The notes beneath the pieces are model-generated. The model was not told the DNA's origin, ran no database searches, and saw nothing but the letters and a program-made list of their open reading frames with translations. A stretch of DNA of 64,000 nt, taken from NCBI GenBank assembly GCA_965285935.1, contig OZ260666.1:7068001-7132000 (forward strand), written 5' to 3'. Below, in pieces: positions 27,500 through 40,400 of this stretch. Every line of letters starts with the position of its first letter. Within the stretch, counting starts at the first letter, position 1. The position numbers and the translations under genes are program-made. The DNA is from Ophelia neglecta (Eukaryota).

Positions 27500-30400
27500 T
27501 TCCATTTGATTTCATGCCTCTTTTTCCACTCCTAGGACAATTACCCAGGCGATGACAATATGGTCAATGACCTCATTTGCGCATCGGAGTTGATTGATCG
27601 GTTTGTTTACTAGTCTAAAGCCAGGTTATGGTGCTCATTTTATGGCCCGGATCGGTTTGTTTACAAGGCCAGAGCCGGGCTATGGTGCTTTGTCCGTGTG
27701 TGTGTGGGCGGGAGTGGGGTGGGGTGTTTGGCTGTGGCTGTGTGATGGGTGTTTGATGGATAGAGTTTATGAAAAAGATAAAGAGAATCGTTCAAAGTAT
27801 CCGCTACCGCTACACACAGAAACCCAGAACACCAGTGTAATGTCATACAGGACTCACACAAAGTACGTCAATGCATTTTCCCGGCCATTGTCGAATACGA
27901 GGACAAAGCAAATAAAACGTGCGTGCTTGACTGGCTTATAAGAAACAATCACTAACAGATATTCTATAAGAATCCGATAGGATAAAGCCATGGCAAAGGA
28001 AACGAGTTATGAGGATCTGAATTGTTATTTGGGCACGTATAATACGATCAACTAATAAAAACTTCTAATCTACTATTTAGACAAAGGTGTTTCCACTGAA
28101 AAGCCAATGCACGGTCAATCAATGATTTGCTGGTTGTCCACTTTGTCTGCGGGCTGCCCACTCCATTTTTCTAATCGGTATGAACACCATACCCTTTGCG
28201 AGGCATAGAATCATCTCTCGTTGACTACTGTCTTGTAAGTTATGTGACATCATGAACAACTGTTGACTTCGCCGAATTGCTAGGTGCTACTTTTTTCCTG
28301 CCTTGAAAATGGTTATTATTGGTATCATTCTGCTCGATATGCTTTCAAGACGTGGCTTTTTTCCCTTCGGCATATTGTTCATTTAATTACAACTGGCCCT
28401 CTAATCAAACCCTGTCTCATTACAACTCTAATCAGCGGTGTGGTATTCAATTTATTCGCAATCTGTTAATGGCCACCTTGGCGGAGACAGGAACATTAGA
28501 TCAGTGGTCATCAAGTGTTTTTCGGGTAAATACAAATAAGCTGGGATAGAAGTTTTTATGCCTTTTTTTCAGGATCCTGGGGAATTTGGCACGATTTAGA
28601 GAAATTGTTTGATCTACAAGGCACTGAGCTTTGTATGTTTTTAGAGGAGAAAAAAATACACTTTGTAGGAATACCGTATCAAAAGCATGAATCGACACTA
28701 AAAGACCATTACTTGTTACATCACTAATCACTAACATAATCATTTTATCTACAAAAAAATGAAGTTAAACGTGTGTATCGACTTTATCGGATGATTCAAT
28801 ATTTTACATATGTTTGGCGTTGGTCATGCTCAACAGTGGATGAACAGAAATTTACTGAAAATGAATGAAGAAAAAACCGAATTCTTGTTAATTTCACCGA
28901 GGCAGCTGAGAGAGACCACTCCCTTGCCCACCACATTGGGTGGGAGAAGGTTAAGAACAGGCTACGGACAGTGTGAGGAATCTGGGTGGATTCTTTAATG
29001 CTCACATGTCTATGGAAGTCCATGTCTCAAATATATGTAGAATGGCTTCCATTCAACTTAGAAAGATTGCTAAAATCAGGATGTACCTTGATAAAAGAAC
29101 TGCAGCAACTTTAGTCCACGCATTTGTTAATTCCCGGTTAGACAACTTTAATTCTTTGTTGTATGGCATAGCACAATGTGAGCTCCAACGACTCCAACGC
29201 ATGCAGAATGCAGCTGCTGGAGTAGTGATGCGGGCAGGGAAAACTGATCATATTTCCCCTTTGCTGTATGAACTTCATTGGCTTCCTATTTTATACCGAA
29301 TTTCATATAAAATATGTCTTCTGGTTTTGAAATCCCTTCATGCCCTGTCACCACCATACATCAGTGAACTAGTCAAGACTTTATGTGCCATCACGGAACC
29401 TGCGTTCTGGTGATAAGTGTTTGCTCAATGTGCCAAAATCCAGAACTAAGACATATGGTGACAGTGCCTTTGCATCTGCTGCTCCCAAGGAATGGAACTC
29501 ATTGCATTTTGCTATTCGTACCTTTACTTCTTTAAACACATTTAAGTAAAAACTATAAAACCCATTATTTTAAACTTGCTTTTAATGTCTAGATTTTGTT
29601 TTTACGTAAGGTTCGGTTCCATGTAATGATTGTTGTTTGCATAAGTGGCTGCATATTCTTACTGATTGTAACTTTAATCATATTTCTGTTTTCTGCGCCT
29701 ATGATCATATTTGTGGAATAGGGGCTATATAAATGTATTTATAAAAATAATTTCGATAATTATAAATATGTTAATGTTCTATAGCACGCATTAAAACCCC
29801 TGTTATTCCAGAACGTTGAGTATATCCGGTTCATATGTTTTTGCTTTCCATCCAGATTACCCTATTAATAACATGGCGGGGATGTTAAATCATGATTTAT
29901 GGGAAGCGCTGATGACCAGTGCTTACATAGTAATTGCCGTTTTTGTAGTTTGTGGTCTATTATGACCAACTATAAAAGGTAATGGTATACCCCCCGGGAT
30001 ATAAACCTTTACTAATGCTCCATCAGAGGCAGCCAAGCCATATCATCAATGATGGATGTGCTCCTCACATGCAGCCATGTCCACAGTTATGGCTATTATG
30101 TGGCTAGTTTGCACATACAAGCACCATATAGTCAGAACATCACGGAGCCTATTCAGGTAATAAGGAGCTTCCAAAGTCATAGCAACATGCCAAGCTGGTG
30201 GGAAAATGGATCCGGAGTATTCTTCTTTAAAACGAATGTCTTCGGCAAAGGCGTTGTTTCTACTTTCCGAGAAAGAACGTCTTCCTTTTGTGCTCATTTG
30301 ATCTCTTTGAGGAAGCCCCAATGCGTTTGTCACTGCAATCAATATTGGTCTTGGAAATGACGTCACTTCAAGTAATGACGTTGGTAAGGTTGGGGTTAAG

Positions 30401-30850
30401 TCTAGACATATACTGCTCTCAACCATACGTTACAGTGTATCATTTAGGAGGATACATATAGGCAAGTGGTACACTATCAATCAAGTTTTTATGTATATGA
30501 GTAATTTCCAAGATGTGCAATGCTTAAACAGTGCCAACATATTTTGCGTCCACAAAACCAAACCGCTGGTCATTATTTCCTAATGTGCTAAGCTTGGACC
30601 CGCTTACTGCACTTCCTTCATATGCCAATGTTGCTTTAAGACCTCTTGCAGACACTCCTGTCTTAGGTTCGTTGACAAGACTGGTAATAGATAACCAGTT
30701 TAATCAGTCCGATACCATGGCTGACACTCATTATGTTTGTTTACTTGACAAGTCTTCAGTGGATCAGTGCAATGTGCGTGATAGGCCTTCACCAATGACG
30801 TGATAAGCCTTCATTAACTGCTTAGATTCACTCTCCTGCATGACTCCTAC
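27500..30850 (-). pseudogene. Decayed TRPM-like copy F (SLOG-MHR4), split by an L2 insertion
   Basis: ORF 30046-30426 contains FPRPILIAVT and VAMTLEA; LIRVVMRQG (~28410-28435); KMEWAA (~28160); LITRF, ASQARTF and QWPG (27880-28015). 28573-28715 aligns with 25035-25170. Confidence 0.6.
28820..29745 (+). mobile_element. L2/CR1-group LINE, 5'-truncated 3' fragment (ORF2 RT C-terminus plus 3' UTR)
   Basis: WMNRNLLKMNEEKTEFLLI, VRNLG, LVHAFVNSRLD, RLQRMQNAAA, LHWLPI, YGDSAFASAAPKEWNSL; frameshifts; 3' stem-loop-like gcgcctatg...ataggggc before an A/T-rich tail. Confidence 0.92.
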
Positions 30851-30999
30851 CTATCTCAAAGTCAATAGTTTTAAGATCTACATAGCTCCGGACAGTAGGA
30901 ATGTATCGGGAAAATACGAATCTTTATGAAACCTGAATAATGTAGTATGCCCGATTGATAGCTACCAGTTTAACTGGCGGGAGCTCCCGCCATAACCCC

Positions 31000-31506
31000 C
31001 CCCCCCCCCCCCGCACACACACACACACTAACACACCTATTTGTTAACAGTCGGAGGCCACTCGTCTTGGGTTCCGGTTTCCGGCTAATGAACCACAATG
31101 AAACGTATGTTTCACCGGCTACAGTGTACTCGGTGAAAATTTACGCTTTTCATATATAACCGCTCGCAGTCAAAAGTCTCCCTCATAAACCCCTACCCTA
31201 CCAACCTTAGAGACCACAGAATCCTGCCAATAATATTTACCCTAGACTTCAAGCTTCGACTGAGGCCGACTGGAAGATAAGTGGACAAAGCTTGTAAGAA
31301 AAATGCAGGACCCCGCACTCAGTCCTGCGCAGTGCGTATACCGCAAACGAAACAGTGTTGATCTAAATTGCTTGTAAACCGTTGGCTATGTCGCTCTGTA
31401 AGTAAACATCGGTTGTGATAGTCTTGACTTCTTACGACGTGGCTTGTGGCGTGATTCACTGTTAACGAGGCAGCGCACGCGACTTGCTTCCTGCTGAGGA
31501 GTAAGT
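31000..31506 (+). promoter_or_regulatory. Candidate promoter and short non-coding first exon
   Basis: CpG-enriched segment ending in the consensus donor GGA|GTAAGT (31500/31501), followed by T-rich intron-like sequence. Confidence 0.35.
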
Positions 31507-31999
31507 GTTGATTATTTTACATCTCTACTCAGTGTTGTCTGGTGAAGGGTTGGTTAATTGGTTTTGGTTATAAAAATGGTGTTTTGCATGCATTGGGTAC
31601 AACAACAAGTAGTATAGAACAGAAAGTAGTATAGAACAGCAAAGTTACAACTCTGGCAATTTGCCTGTGCAAAATATGTTCGTGAATTGTCGTGAAAAGT
31701 GCGAAAATCTTAAGACAAAGTTCTCTACTTGATTTGTCACAGTAGCATTGGTTTTCACAATTTCTCACTCTCGGTGTTCCCTCACCGACCGACTTTTATA
31801 CCACAAATATAGGCTGAAATATTATTCGCGAAACTTGTCCTGGTCGCAAACTTGCTAGTGTACAGTATGGATACGGTTTAGGTTACTGGGATTGTGATTG
31901 TTGTATGTTCATTGACAGTTGACAGATCTCGACTGTGATACCAGAGTACTAGAATGATCTGCCTCCTCCTTGTACCACAATCACTAGGTAGGTATCCCG

Positions 32000-33100
32000 G
32001 TCCCCTTACACCCAAACGCCCCTAGACACCGGAGAACACCTTCTGTTGGGATTGCACAGCCGGGGCTGTTTTATATCGGTTTTATATTCCCTTTTATCTA
32101 TCCAATACGTGTTCGATACTGGACTGCGGCCAAAATGGTGTCTTTCCGCACATTGATAGAATGTTACAATCTTGGATACAAATAGGAACATAGGCAGGTT
32201 GAAAAACTAACGGAATCAATCATCAAGTATTACCAAAGAAGTTACCTGTGTCACCACGTGGTCATAACAACAATCATATTCAGTTTGAATGTTTAAACGG
32301 AAAAAAAATGTACAATGTTGTATTCTTTTGCAAATATTTCCATAACGAATATACCAAAGTGTTTTAGCAGTCTGACATGTGCAGTAGGCAAATGTAAAAA
32401 CGTAGTGCCTTCAAAACAGTGTGAAGCCTGGACGGGGGTCCCCATTTTTTCCAAGTTGCCAATAAGCCTTCCGTTTGAAAGAATACATGACAGGGGTATG
32501 TGAACGAAGTAGGGTCGCAGAAATTACTGTAGGTCAATAAATTGTTGTCACAATATCAAGTTTCCCACAACGGGTAAATTGATACAATTTTAAATACAAA
32601 GTTGTTTTGTTTTGTGGCATTCTGGGTTCAATGATTGACACATGTTGAAGCTCATATAATCCCTGGACCGGAGTCTGCTATGGTCACATAATTTCAGGTT
32701 AACGTTTATTACTTGCTTGAAGCTATGCCTACAATATCTTTTAGAAGTACGACCTAATCTGAGTTCATTGAGTTACCAGATTGGTCCTTTGCCTTTGGCC
32801 ACATGCTCAGCTCAAGAATCAATATAACAATGACGGCAGGTCGCCTCCGCCTGGAAAATGTGATTTCATAAAGTCACGCGGGAAATCTTTCCGATAAAAG
32901 GGTCTGGCAGATTGATGAAAGTAATAACGGTTATTGAACCCGGACAAACCTTGAATATATTCATATCAAAAATATCCATCAAGCCCTCCATAACCACCTT
33001 CCCAACCACCTACAACAATCTCACCCCTCTCCTCTTCTGGCTAATTACACATCGGCCTGTAGGCGGTTTGTTGCAGGGACATTTTCACAGGGAGTTGATT
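32000..33100 (-). pseudogene. TRPM-like SLOG fragment
   Basis: SLNPECH (~32620; cf. LNPNH); CGKL; GTPVQ..FEGT (~32405-32445; cf. GTP.VV.EGSG). Confidence 0.35.
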
Positions 33101-33599
33101 ATAACGTATACAGTTTGACTGGTAGTGGACTGACACTAGGGGCATGAAGCCATGTCGATTTGTTATCAGCTAGTGTGTATTAGATTCGAGGGGCCGTCCG
33201 CTACCTGACGACGGAAGAATTGCTAATGGCAAATCTGTGTTGCACATTGACTGTTTGGGACAATTTCACGTGGTACTTCATTGACACATCAGGGCAATGA
33301 GACCTCTTACATGTCACATCCCTGTAACTGGTGGGTTGAAGTACGTTTTAACACAATAATATATATAATATAAACCAAGCCTAAATGGCTTATTAACCAT
33401 CCTTTTTAAAATTTATAATTCGGCTGAGAATGCCTTTGAGGGGATTAACACGTGTTAGACTTTTTCCTTTTATATACCTTCTTGCAAGTAATATGCTCAA
33501 AGGGAGCAAGTGGATGAACTGCAATACGTATAAGCCAACCAATTTCCAGGCAACAACGATAAGACTACAATATTATCATCCGACAGCGATTCCGCCAAT

Positions 33600-36500
33600 G
33601 GCACCTTCTTGGAATGGTTTATGGCCCCAGGGTTTGTTTATAAGATCTCGAGAAGCATTCATAATAAATGGATCATTCATTTGATTAATTCCATGTTAAT
33701 GGAGCTTTTATCTTAGATTCCCGCTGGAATGGATTTAGCCATAAATCCAATATCCCACGCCCGATAGGTAATTCTATGATTACCAGGATTTATCCGCGGA
33801 CTTAAAAGTGCGATAAGGTGCCAGCTATCACAAATAAAACGTTTTTGACACTGATTTCCTGGAAAATAATTATCAGTGAAATCATATGATGGAAGACTTT
33901 TTCTTGAAGTTTGCGTCTTCGCAAGAAAACACTTGGTTTGCAGGACCAATCCACCCGTGGGGCTTCTGCTTTGTCGACGAACTATCATTCATCATTCTTA
34001 AGTGGTGTCACTTCGTTGACAGCTCTTCATTGGAAGTCATATCATATATTAATGGTTTCATTTGCTTACCAGTTTGGTTATAATTATCTTACTGGGATTT
34101 GGTATATTCTTTGTACTGGGGCTGTGGTTATGCACTGGGGATTTGTGTTATCGACCGGTTTGAGCAATTTAATTGTTTACTCACAAATCTTCTTTAATTC
34201 TTTTTGTCTCTCATGTGTCAGATCTTGTTCTCCTTAGATCTTTCGATGATTTAAAACGCATCAATAAACCAATATCAAAGTCAAAAGTAGTTACATTTAC
34301 TCGAGGGTCCGACTGTTTAGGAACAGAAGTGCCCTGCTTTACGCAGGAAATGCACGATAGTCAGCATTGCTTTCTAGAAGTAAATGTTTCCTTTTCTTAC
34401 ATATAAAACGAGTAATACCAAAGTGCCTCTGCCCGGGCAGCCGGTAATAAAAAGGACATCAGCCAGTCTGTTTTGGGTTCAGTTTATCAGTGGAAAGCTG
34501 GCTTATTCTTCTAATTTACTTCCATGCGATACTAAATGGTTGAATAAGCGACCGAATGAAACTTTAGATTTGTTAACAGGCACCTTGTCCAATAAATAAC
34601 CCCATGGCGATTTATGAATTTAAGTCCGACCCCTTCAAAAGAATTCCAAAATGAATGCCATAAGTTGGATGTTATTCAGTATTTGTCTCTTGGCTCTTTC
34701 ATAGTAGGTTTTGTTTTCCATAGAAACAGTTCATCTATGAAAATAATACAACTCATAAAACAAAGTTGATAAAATAACCAAAACAAATATAAAGGATTCA
34801 TAATATCCTTTAGCTTTCTCCATTATATGGACATTCGCAGTTGCAAGAGAGCATTTCGCCTTCCAAAAGCTCATAATATATAAATGCACGCCAGAAGCTG
34901 AACGATTAACTTTGTAAAAAGCTTCCCAATATTGCCGAGAAGGGTAGGTAAAACGATAAACAAACCTTCAATATAATAAGGAGAATACGCTCTGCGCCTG
35001 TCTAACGCAGCTGTAGGCAGTCTGAGACGGGACGATCATTATACAGACATGTTAGCAATGATATAGTGGCTGGCACCCGTCTAGTAAATCACCAGAGCTA
35101 TTATAGATCACCTTTCAACGCTCATATGGTATCAAATATATTGCAAGCTATCTACCAGATAAGGGTACCCAGAAAAATGGAATCGCTCTATATCCCTTAA
35201 AGTTTAATTACGCTAAATGCTCTTTTATGGTGGGATAGAACAAAGGATATGAAAAAAGAAATGCAAAAGATGCGTAGATCATAAGAATATATTTCCTTAA
35301 ACCTGTTATAAATGTTAAAAAAAGTTTTGAGGCATCTTTTTTCCGAAAACAGACAATGAGATCAAACCAATCACATCGGTCTTGCTGGGAAAAAAACGCC
35401 AGTGGAAAGTCGACATGATCAATAAGCACGGAAATCCCATTCAGTCGTTCGGAAATCAGCAGGAATCTACAGCTTGAAGCCCACAAACACTAGCTAATGG
35501 TGTCATTTTTCTGCAGCAAAAAATTTATTTTTTGCAGTTTCCACAAATCATAATGTATTGGAAATGATCGTCCGCAGGTTATTTCCCTTATAATATGTTC
35601 AGGTATTTTAACTCGATACATCAAACTTAATCAAACGTATTGACAAATGAACTATTATACCATCATTATGGTAATGAGACGGTTCAACATGGACCAAACA
35701 TATAACAGCTTACAAAATCTCTTCGGTGGAAAGAAAATCAATAGCCTGTGCCAAAACCGATAATTATATGACTTTTGTGAGACAAATAACAGATATGGCC
35801 ATAGGGCAAACTGTGAAGACTTGCTTTACTACAGAGGCAACTGGACCCATTTTGTTTTGAATTGATGTGGTGCTTATCTCACATCGCCTAGTTATCTCCC
35901 TTGAATCCCAATGTTTTTTCAAGCCAATGTTTCAAAGTCAGTCCTATTACTTTAGGGGAGATTAGGGGCATGTAAAGCACCGAATGCCACCGATAGGCTT
36001 TATATTCTATGAATAATGACATACCGTGCCCACAGCAAGTGCCTAGTTACGACCAGTGGTGTTCAAAGTGGACTATTAATCCAGCTCTTCAACTTCAAAG
36101 GTATTGTTCCAAGTTTAATGAGATAGAGGGCGCCTGTGGTTCATCGTGGCTAAAATGTGTCTTTTCCTTGAAGTACTTACGCCATTAACATCTCCACGGT
36201 TGCGTCTGTTAATCATAGACGATTTAAAAGGTAATGTGCAAATATATTGATTCAAAAGTGAGTTTTTTATTGTATGTAATATTTGACCAAATTTCCTAAA
36301 GCACTGCAGCATTTTATAACTAGTATTTCACGTCATCGATAAGAGCAATTGTCAAATTATTAAACCTTATGATGAAGTAAGGTCTCTCATAACTGTGAGA
36401 CTATTGAAGGATTTGTCTCCGACAAATACAAGACCCTTGTAGGAGGTAAAGGTTCTCTAAAGGTTAAAAAGAAAATGGTGTTCATGTCTCCTCGATAGTG

Positions 36501-37100
36501 GTGCATTTCCACTCCCTTTATACTATATGTAACACACTATTAAACACTGTACGTTACTTATAAACATGGGAACCGGTCATTGTATATGTCCGAGCAGTGC
36601 TTGGTAAACATCCGAGGTAACAGGTTCGCACTATATTATATAAGAACCCGTTCTATACGAAAGCGTATTACTGGCAATCGGCCTTCTAACAACGATCTGT
36701 TATTTTATGAAAAGGACCTGGGTCACGTCAGCGGGCATGATGAACGACAGACGGAAACAACAAAAAGCCAGCATATCAAGATATAACATCCTTCCGGTTT
36801 CTTGGTTGCAGGCTTTGCATGCTTTGGTTTGTCTATAAACCAAGGGCCACACAGTTTTCAGAGGAAGTAGACGGCCAAGAATTAGAATTAGAGTAGCAAT
36901 TGCAGCCCGAATGAGAAGCTCCCGCAGATTTTGATTTCGGATAGATGAACTTGAATATTCTTGATTTATTATTTTGTTTTGTGTGCCGGTTATCTGGTGT
37001 CCTTCTTCTTATCAAAGCAGCGGTCAATTATATAGCCTTAAGATGTTCTTTTTCCCCACAAACCATAGACATGTCAAGGTTTATTTTCTTCACAAAGCTA
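33600..37100 (-). pseudogene. Decayed, near full-length, intronless TRPM2-like copy G (best-resolved copy)
   Basis: Collinear motifs in ~3.5 kb: LLIRAAIAT, CVALG, LTIALIDD, RHLLWA (~36030), DFETLA (~35930), AQAIDFLS, DWFDLIVC and KYILMIYASFAFLFS (ORF 35208-35486), FYLPFSAIL, FYKVN..FWRAFIYYE (TRP helix), KVPVNKSKVSF, TGCPGRGTL (34419-34445; cf. NUDT9 RTGL.GRGLLG), HRITYRAW (cf. PRNTDNAW). Confidence 0.72.
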
Positions 37101-37499
37101 GAATTTCAAGTTACATGGTTCTTCGAATTGCGTAAGATAGTATTCCAACTTGCAACCCCCTCTTTACGGCGCTATTACGGCCGTATTCGCACACTACGTA
37201 TGTAGATATAAGCTGCTTCAGGAGTAGATACGATTGATCACGTGATAGGCAGTCTTAGTATCTGTATGAAGGCCTCGCTGTGAAACCTTTTACTAGTAAT
37301 AGGGGAATAACGAGATATTCAGATTTCTGGCACAACTCTAATAATACGAGTACTAGGGCTGTCACTAGTAGGCTCGCCCGAGGTCTGCCATATTGTTATG
37401 TGTATGTGTATATAGTAACCATAAAACACCCAAGCATCTAACCATATAGCCAGAAGCGGTAACCCGCATCTAATACAACAAAGTGGCACGTAGTTCATT

Positions 37500-40400
37500 T
37501 ACAGACTACAGTGGGTTTGGTCAGAGGTTAGTGACTTCTACAGCAGAAACTCATTCCAGGGTGAACGTCTACTTGTGATAATATTCATGGAGGGCCTTTT
37601 AACGGCCGGATCCACGGTTACTGGGAAGGCCGGTTGGACTGTTTTGCTTTTTTAAGCATTAACGTGGTGCTTGTATCACGCAATTGCATAGTATTAAGTG
37701 GCTATGAACAATATTTGAAATGTATTCCATCTGTGGGTTCCGAACTGATTGTGTTATGTGATTTTCTTTGTTGAGTGCGAAGGTTAGTGAGAGTCAATTA
37801 TCATCATCTCTGTCCTGCACTGCTCACTGATTCAGAAGACAGAGACATCACAAAATGACCGATCGACGCTGCTTTTTACAATATAGAGTCTCACTGTATG
37901 GAATGGGAGAGTTAACCCATAGTCACTCAGACAATGAGTTAACACAATTGCTGATATCTAACGTACTATACACACCTAGAACCAGATAGATATGGACAGT
38001 ACCAAATTGGTAACATAGTGATATTACCAGCGTTTATTTGGTGGTCCCAGGTATACGGCAAAACCAACGTGATGTCCGTCAAAAAGCAACTCCCAAAGCC
38101 CCTTACTCGAAAACAGTCTGAGTGTTCATTATATGAACCAGCTGCAATGAATGTTCATGAGTGATCACTAATAGGCATTGCATCTGTTCACATTGAAACC
38201 TGTGCAATTTAACCCTGAGAAAACTGCCCGATGACTTGTGTAACTCATAACTGGACTCTAGATAGACTGGTCTTAATGTTAAACCCTTGCCATGCTATTA
38301 CAAATCTCACTCGGCTTAGAGGGCAGAAATATATTGGGAAATAAGCGAGGAAGGCCGCCAGCTGGAAGTGCATCTGACCTACGTACGATGTCCGTATTGT
38401 TTGTGTACTAAGTCCGTTAGATTTATTTATAAGCAAAGGCACCAAGCTGAAAGTCCATTTGACCCATGCACAAGAGCATAGCTGGAAGTCCATAAAACCT
38501 ATGCACGAAGAAGGTCGCCTGCTGGAGGTCCGTTTGACTTTAGCACGTAGTCCATTTGACCTGTAACAAATGCGAAGCAGGATAATACTACTCAATGACC
38601 AGTTTCGTGCGCACTGCTTTTGGACAAGTTAATATGTCATATCAAAATGTAAACCTGGCCCCTCATGTAAATTCTAAAGCATGATATGTTGGCGATAATA
38701 CCATGCTCGATAAGATTTCCTGTCCACGACTGAATTGCCCACGATAATACCCTGTTCCAAAGACTCCTCTCTTCGACTCGCCTGCGCAACCCTACTGTTC
38801 AGAGGAAATTAGTCTCTAGCTTCACTCAGCGACAAGGTGTGGTGACAAAAATACAGAATAAATGCAGTTATCTAAATTGGTTCGCGACTCTTTCTTGGTT
38901 TGCCGTATTGTTGATTACTACTCACTTATTGTTTGCTGGGTGTCTATTGTCATTTGACATTTGTGGCCGTTTTACTTGTTATTGATAACGTATTGTTTGC
39001 CGAGTGTCCTTGCCGTTTGCCGTTTTTACCGTATCATTGATTAGAGTTGTTTCGCGGTCAATAAACAGGCTATATAGTATAGCATTATATTATCCATTCC
39101 TGTTTTTAGGTTAATCACCAAAGATACATCTATCCCTTGACTCCCCTTCATCCCCAGATTCAGCCCTCATTACCATTCCAAAAGGTCTTCAAAATATCTC
39201 CCGGGAAATCATACAAACCTCGTCTTTAGTAAACAAGCGAACTTTATCCTTGTTTTGTAATTGAAAACACCTCCGGGAGACATGGTGTGCACGCAGTGTG
39301 TATCCTGGACAAAGAAAAGGAATAAATAAACAGCTCTCCGGCCCTGCTAGGCGGCCAAATCTGTGTTTACGGCGCTAAGCCATAAACGATACCACATTTG
39401 TATAAATAAAGCATAACCAATATGGCCCACCTCCCACAATACACACTACAGCAGCAACTGCCCCATCAAAGCATCTCGCAGGGCATATTTAATGTCTGTC
39501 CTACTTCCACCATTGACTCATTTGTTTTTAGTTCTGACTTGCAACATGGTAACCTGTGGATTACTTCTTTTTGCAAGTGATATCAATTTGTACTTTGGAA
39601 TATTTTGTTTGATACAGTCTTTGTCTCTTTGGGAGCTTTCTGTTTCATGCTTGTTTAATGTTTGGGAGCTGGAGATATATTGATTGATGTCTGTGCTGTT
39701 GTTGCTGCAGGATCCTGTTGATCTAGACCATTGATTTGGATTTGTCGTCCGGGTATCCATTCCCATTTCTACAAAAATAATTTCTCAGACAACGCCAAAG
39801 GCAACGACACAGACAAAGGTACGGACAATGACACCGGCAACGAAATGGACAACGGTTCAGACAACGACACAGACAACGAAACAACAATGCGACCGAAAAC
39901 GACATATACACCGACACAGACAAGGACTCAGACAAGGACACTGAAAAGAAATTCATCGACGGCGACAGCGATACATTTAATTGCAAAGCCAATGAAGAAG
40001 AGACGACACATACAACGACACATACAACGACAACGGCACGTGCCACACAGACAGCAACATGAACAATGTCATGGACAATGTCACAGAAAACGACACTTAC
40101 AGCCACCCAAACAACGACACATACAAGGACACATACACATACAAGGACACATACAGCGACACAGAAAAAAACATCGCTCATACTGCCACGGACAGATAAA
40201 CCCATAGTTCATGTTAAAACATTCATCATCATCATCGTCATTATCGTTATCATCGTCGCATTAACCAAGTTTAATTGATAAGCAAGATGATAATGCTATC
40301 CTAAACCCCTGAAAAATGTATCTATATTCTCATAATTAAGAGAAAGCCGAGTCCATCAGCTAGATTCTCCTCTGTCCTTCCTTGACAACGGAAGTGATTT

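Noticed and set aside
34415-34460. Walker A P-loop (VLFITGCPGRGT)
   Set aside because: It lacks the GK[ST] lysine, and its position and flanking motifs fit the NUDT9-H TG..GRG.L motif better.
34740-35490. GPCR pseudogene (FYLP, NPLY motifs)
   Set aside because: Helix order and spacing are inconsistent with a 7TM receptor but consistent with TRPM S3-S6 and the TRP helix.
39723-40278. Long ORFs of 158-160 aa on both strands (also 61014-61460, 17360-17557, 62095-62500)
   Set aside because: They are products of low-complexity or tandem repeats lacking stop codons; there is no domain evidence.
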